Source: Pseudovirgaria hyperparasitica
Taxonomy: Eukaryota
Assembly (NCBI GenBank): GCA_010093815.1
Contig: ML996565.1
Direction: 5' to 3' (one strand)
Length of the DNA stretch: 64,000 nucleotides
The notes under the pieces were generated by a model. It was not told the origin of the DNA. It did not search any database and saw only the letters and a list, made by a program, of their open reading frames with translations. A program made the position numbers and the translations under genes. This document shows, piece after piece, positions 62,237 through 64,000 of the stretch. Position 1 is the stretch's first letter; each line of letters starts with the position of its first letter.

Positions 62237-63337
62237 ATGGCAATCCATACCACACCCTCGTCTCCGCCGTCTGGCGGCGTCGCCCTCGACATCCAAGCCT
62301 GGACCGAACAAGCCGCAGCATCCCTCTCAAACCTCAACCTCTCCGCTCCGACCTTCGTCGCGCAACCTATCTCGCACCATGCCGAGCGCCATGGCCCGTC
62401 CCCAGCTGTCCGCGGCACCTCCATCGCCCTCGACATCCCCCTCGACACGCCTCAAGATGCACGCGTCGACTCGACGTACAGGCGTCGCGAGCCACAGCGC
62501 CGTGATAGCATGGAGCGCCGCGAGGCCCTGCTGAAAGGGAAGGAGGGCAGTCGGCGGAGAAGGAGGTGGGAAAATGGTAAGCTGCATTCATCTCCCTTAT
62601 CCGATTATATGCCATCTAGGTATATCAGGAGATTACTGACGGCGCGCTTTATAGACCGCCTCCTTGGAAACCCCTACCGCGTGCCTCCGACGTCCGCTGA
62701 CTGGGAAGTGCGCCCGCCCACGCATCGCACGCCGGTACCATACTACCTCGCGCCTCTATGGGACAATGGCCTCGCCGCGCACGCGGCAGCGCGCAGAGAG
62801 CGTAAGGTGAAGAGTACAAGCCAGCACAAACAGGCTGTTAAAGGCGTCCCCGAGGGCGCAAGCCGCGTCCCGAAGGAGTTCAAAGAGAAGATGAAGAAGA
62901 GCAAGGGCGCCAGGGGGCTATTGCAAGACCTGGAAACCGAGGTGAGGGGATTCGTGGCGAAGTGCCAGGAGAATGACGAGGAAGCTGTGACGGACAGTGA
63001 AGAGGACGAAGTTGTGTTCGTTGGTAGGGATGGGGAAATGCAGGATCGAACGTGGCGGAGCTTGGAAAGGGAATATCTGTTATTTCAGAGTGCGGCAGAT
63101 GATCAGGGGGCAGCGTTTTGGTGAGTTTGGTCTTTGAGGACTGTCGCGTCGAGTGCTAACGATAATTGTAGTCGGTACCTTGTACATCAGATTGGCTGCT
63201 ATTATGGGCTCAAAACCTGGAGCGTTACGACGGGAAATCCAGCCAGGCGTGAGGCTTATGTGGGATTTGACATGCAGACTGGGCACGATTTTGCGGTGCA
63301 GGAGCAGCTTCCGCGACCGCTCTACGGTCTGGTGTAA
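62237..63337 (+). CDS. R3H-associated N-terminal domain protein, 2 introns
   Basis: RRDSMERREALLKGKEGSRRRRRWEN|DRLLGNP...DWEV...VPYYLAPLWD; C-terminal RYLVHQIGCYYGLKTWSVT. Confidence 0.8.
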
Positions 63338-63526
63338 ACACAATCTGCAGATGGCCTGGACAGCTTGGTCGGCAGTGTTCCATATTCCACAATTCTTTCT
63401 TCGATGTAAAGATGGCCTATCGGGCCTTCCACAAGACAATATATAATATATCTTCGTCATGAAATTAATCCTCCAGTCATTGGCCTACAACCTGCGATCA
63501 GGTTTAGACAGCAAGTAGTGAGCCAT

Positions 63527-64000
63527 TCAAATACTCTCATCTACATCACGCTCCTCAATCTCAGCCTCCAGTATCTCCAGCTGAGGATACCTCATCCCTC
63601 CTAGTTTTATCACCTCCCTGAAACGAGCCACAGCATCTGCAATCTCATCTTTACGGAGCTTGACACTCTGGAGATGATTGCTGTGCATAGCTGCCTCGGC
63701 GTCGCTATCCGGTTCTTCAATGAGTAGAAGGTCTCCCATCCAGACATGCACCATGCCACGAATATACAGAAGCGTAACGTCGCGATCTGTGGGAGGTGAG
63801 AACACTAGCTGGTCGAGCCGTTCTGCAAGTTTACGAACATCTGCAAGCTCCGAATCCTTGATGCGTTGGAATTCTCGCTTTTTCTTTTCTTCACGCTTCA
63901 TTTCACGGCTATGACTATCGGAACTCGATATTTCAGAGTCGGAGTGCTCTATCGGCGTAGACTCATTAGAAATCGAGGTTGAGCGTAAGAACTCGTATCG
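63527..64000 (-). CDS. 3' end of an uncharacterised protein, truncated by the window edge
   Basis: Frame stays open from 64000 (RYEFLRSTS...MKREEKKKREFQ...) to a stop at 63527; protein-like composition. Confidence 0.55.
   Translation of the reverse strand, partial: RYEFLRSTSISNESTPIEHSDSEISSSDSHSREMKREEKKKREFQRIKDSELADVRKLAERLDQLVFSPPTDRDVTLLYIRGMVHVWMGDLLLIEEPDSDAEAAMHSNHLQSVKLRKDEIADAVARFREVIKLGGMRYPQLEILEAEIEERDVDESI

Overview
This is a eukaryotic window from a filamentous ascomycete (Pezizomycotina): it has GT-AG introns with CTRAY branch sites, Zn2Cys6 and Ndt80 regulators, and RIP-like AT-rich patches. I can support about 22 protein-coding genes, several of which the ORF track misses or mis-frames because of introns. 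From left to right: a conserved low-complexity hypothetical with two possible C-termini, V-ATPase subunit e, ARV1, a divergent O-methyltransferase / LaeA-like methyltransferase pair, an AT-rich spacer with a 14-bp minisatellite and a scaffold gap, AFG1 ATPase, and a Ca2+/H+ exchanger. A ~9.5-kb gene-free, microsatellite-rich interval follows, then an Ndt80-family factor with unusually long introns, a nitronate monooxygenase, and an HPPK-DHPS folate gene whose DHPS appears to lack loop 2. Next is a galactoside locus: lactose-type permease, intracellular GH2 beta-galactosidase, Zn2Cys6 TF, a metallophosphoesterase resembling actinobacterial PptH, and a secreted GH2. The window ends with an OSCA/TMEM63 channel, a small conserved protein, HOS3-type HDAC, a small secreted Cys-rich protein, an SDR, an R3H-associated protein and a truncated ORF. 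The most notable items are the intronless PptH-like phosphopantetheinyl-hydrolase candidate paired head-to-head with a TF, the galactoside cluster around it, the DHPS deletion, and the Ndt80 gene structure. All family assignments come from motif recognition and recall, not from database searches.
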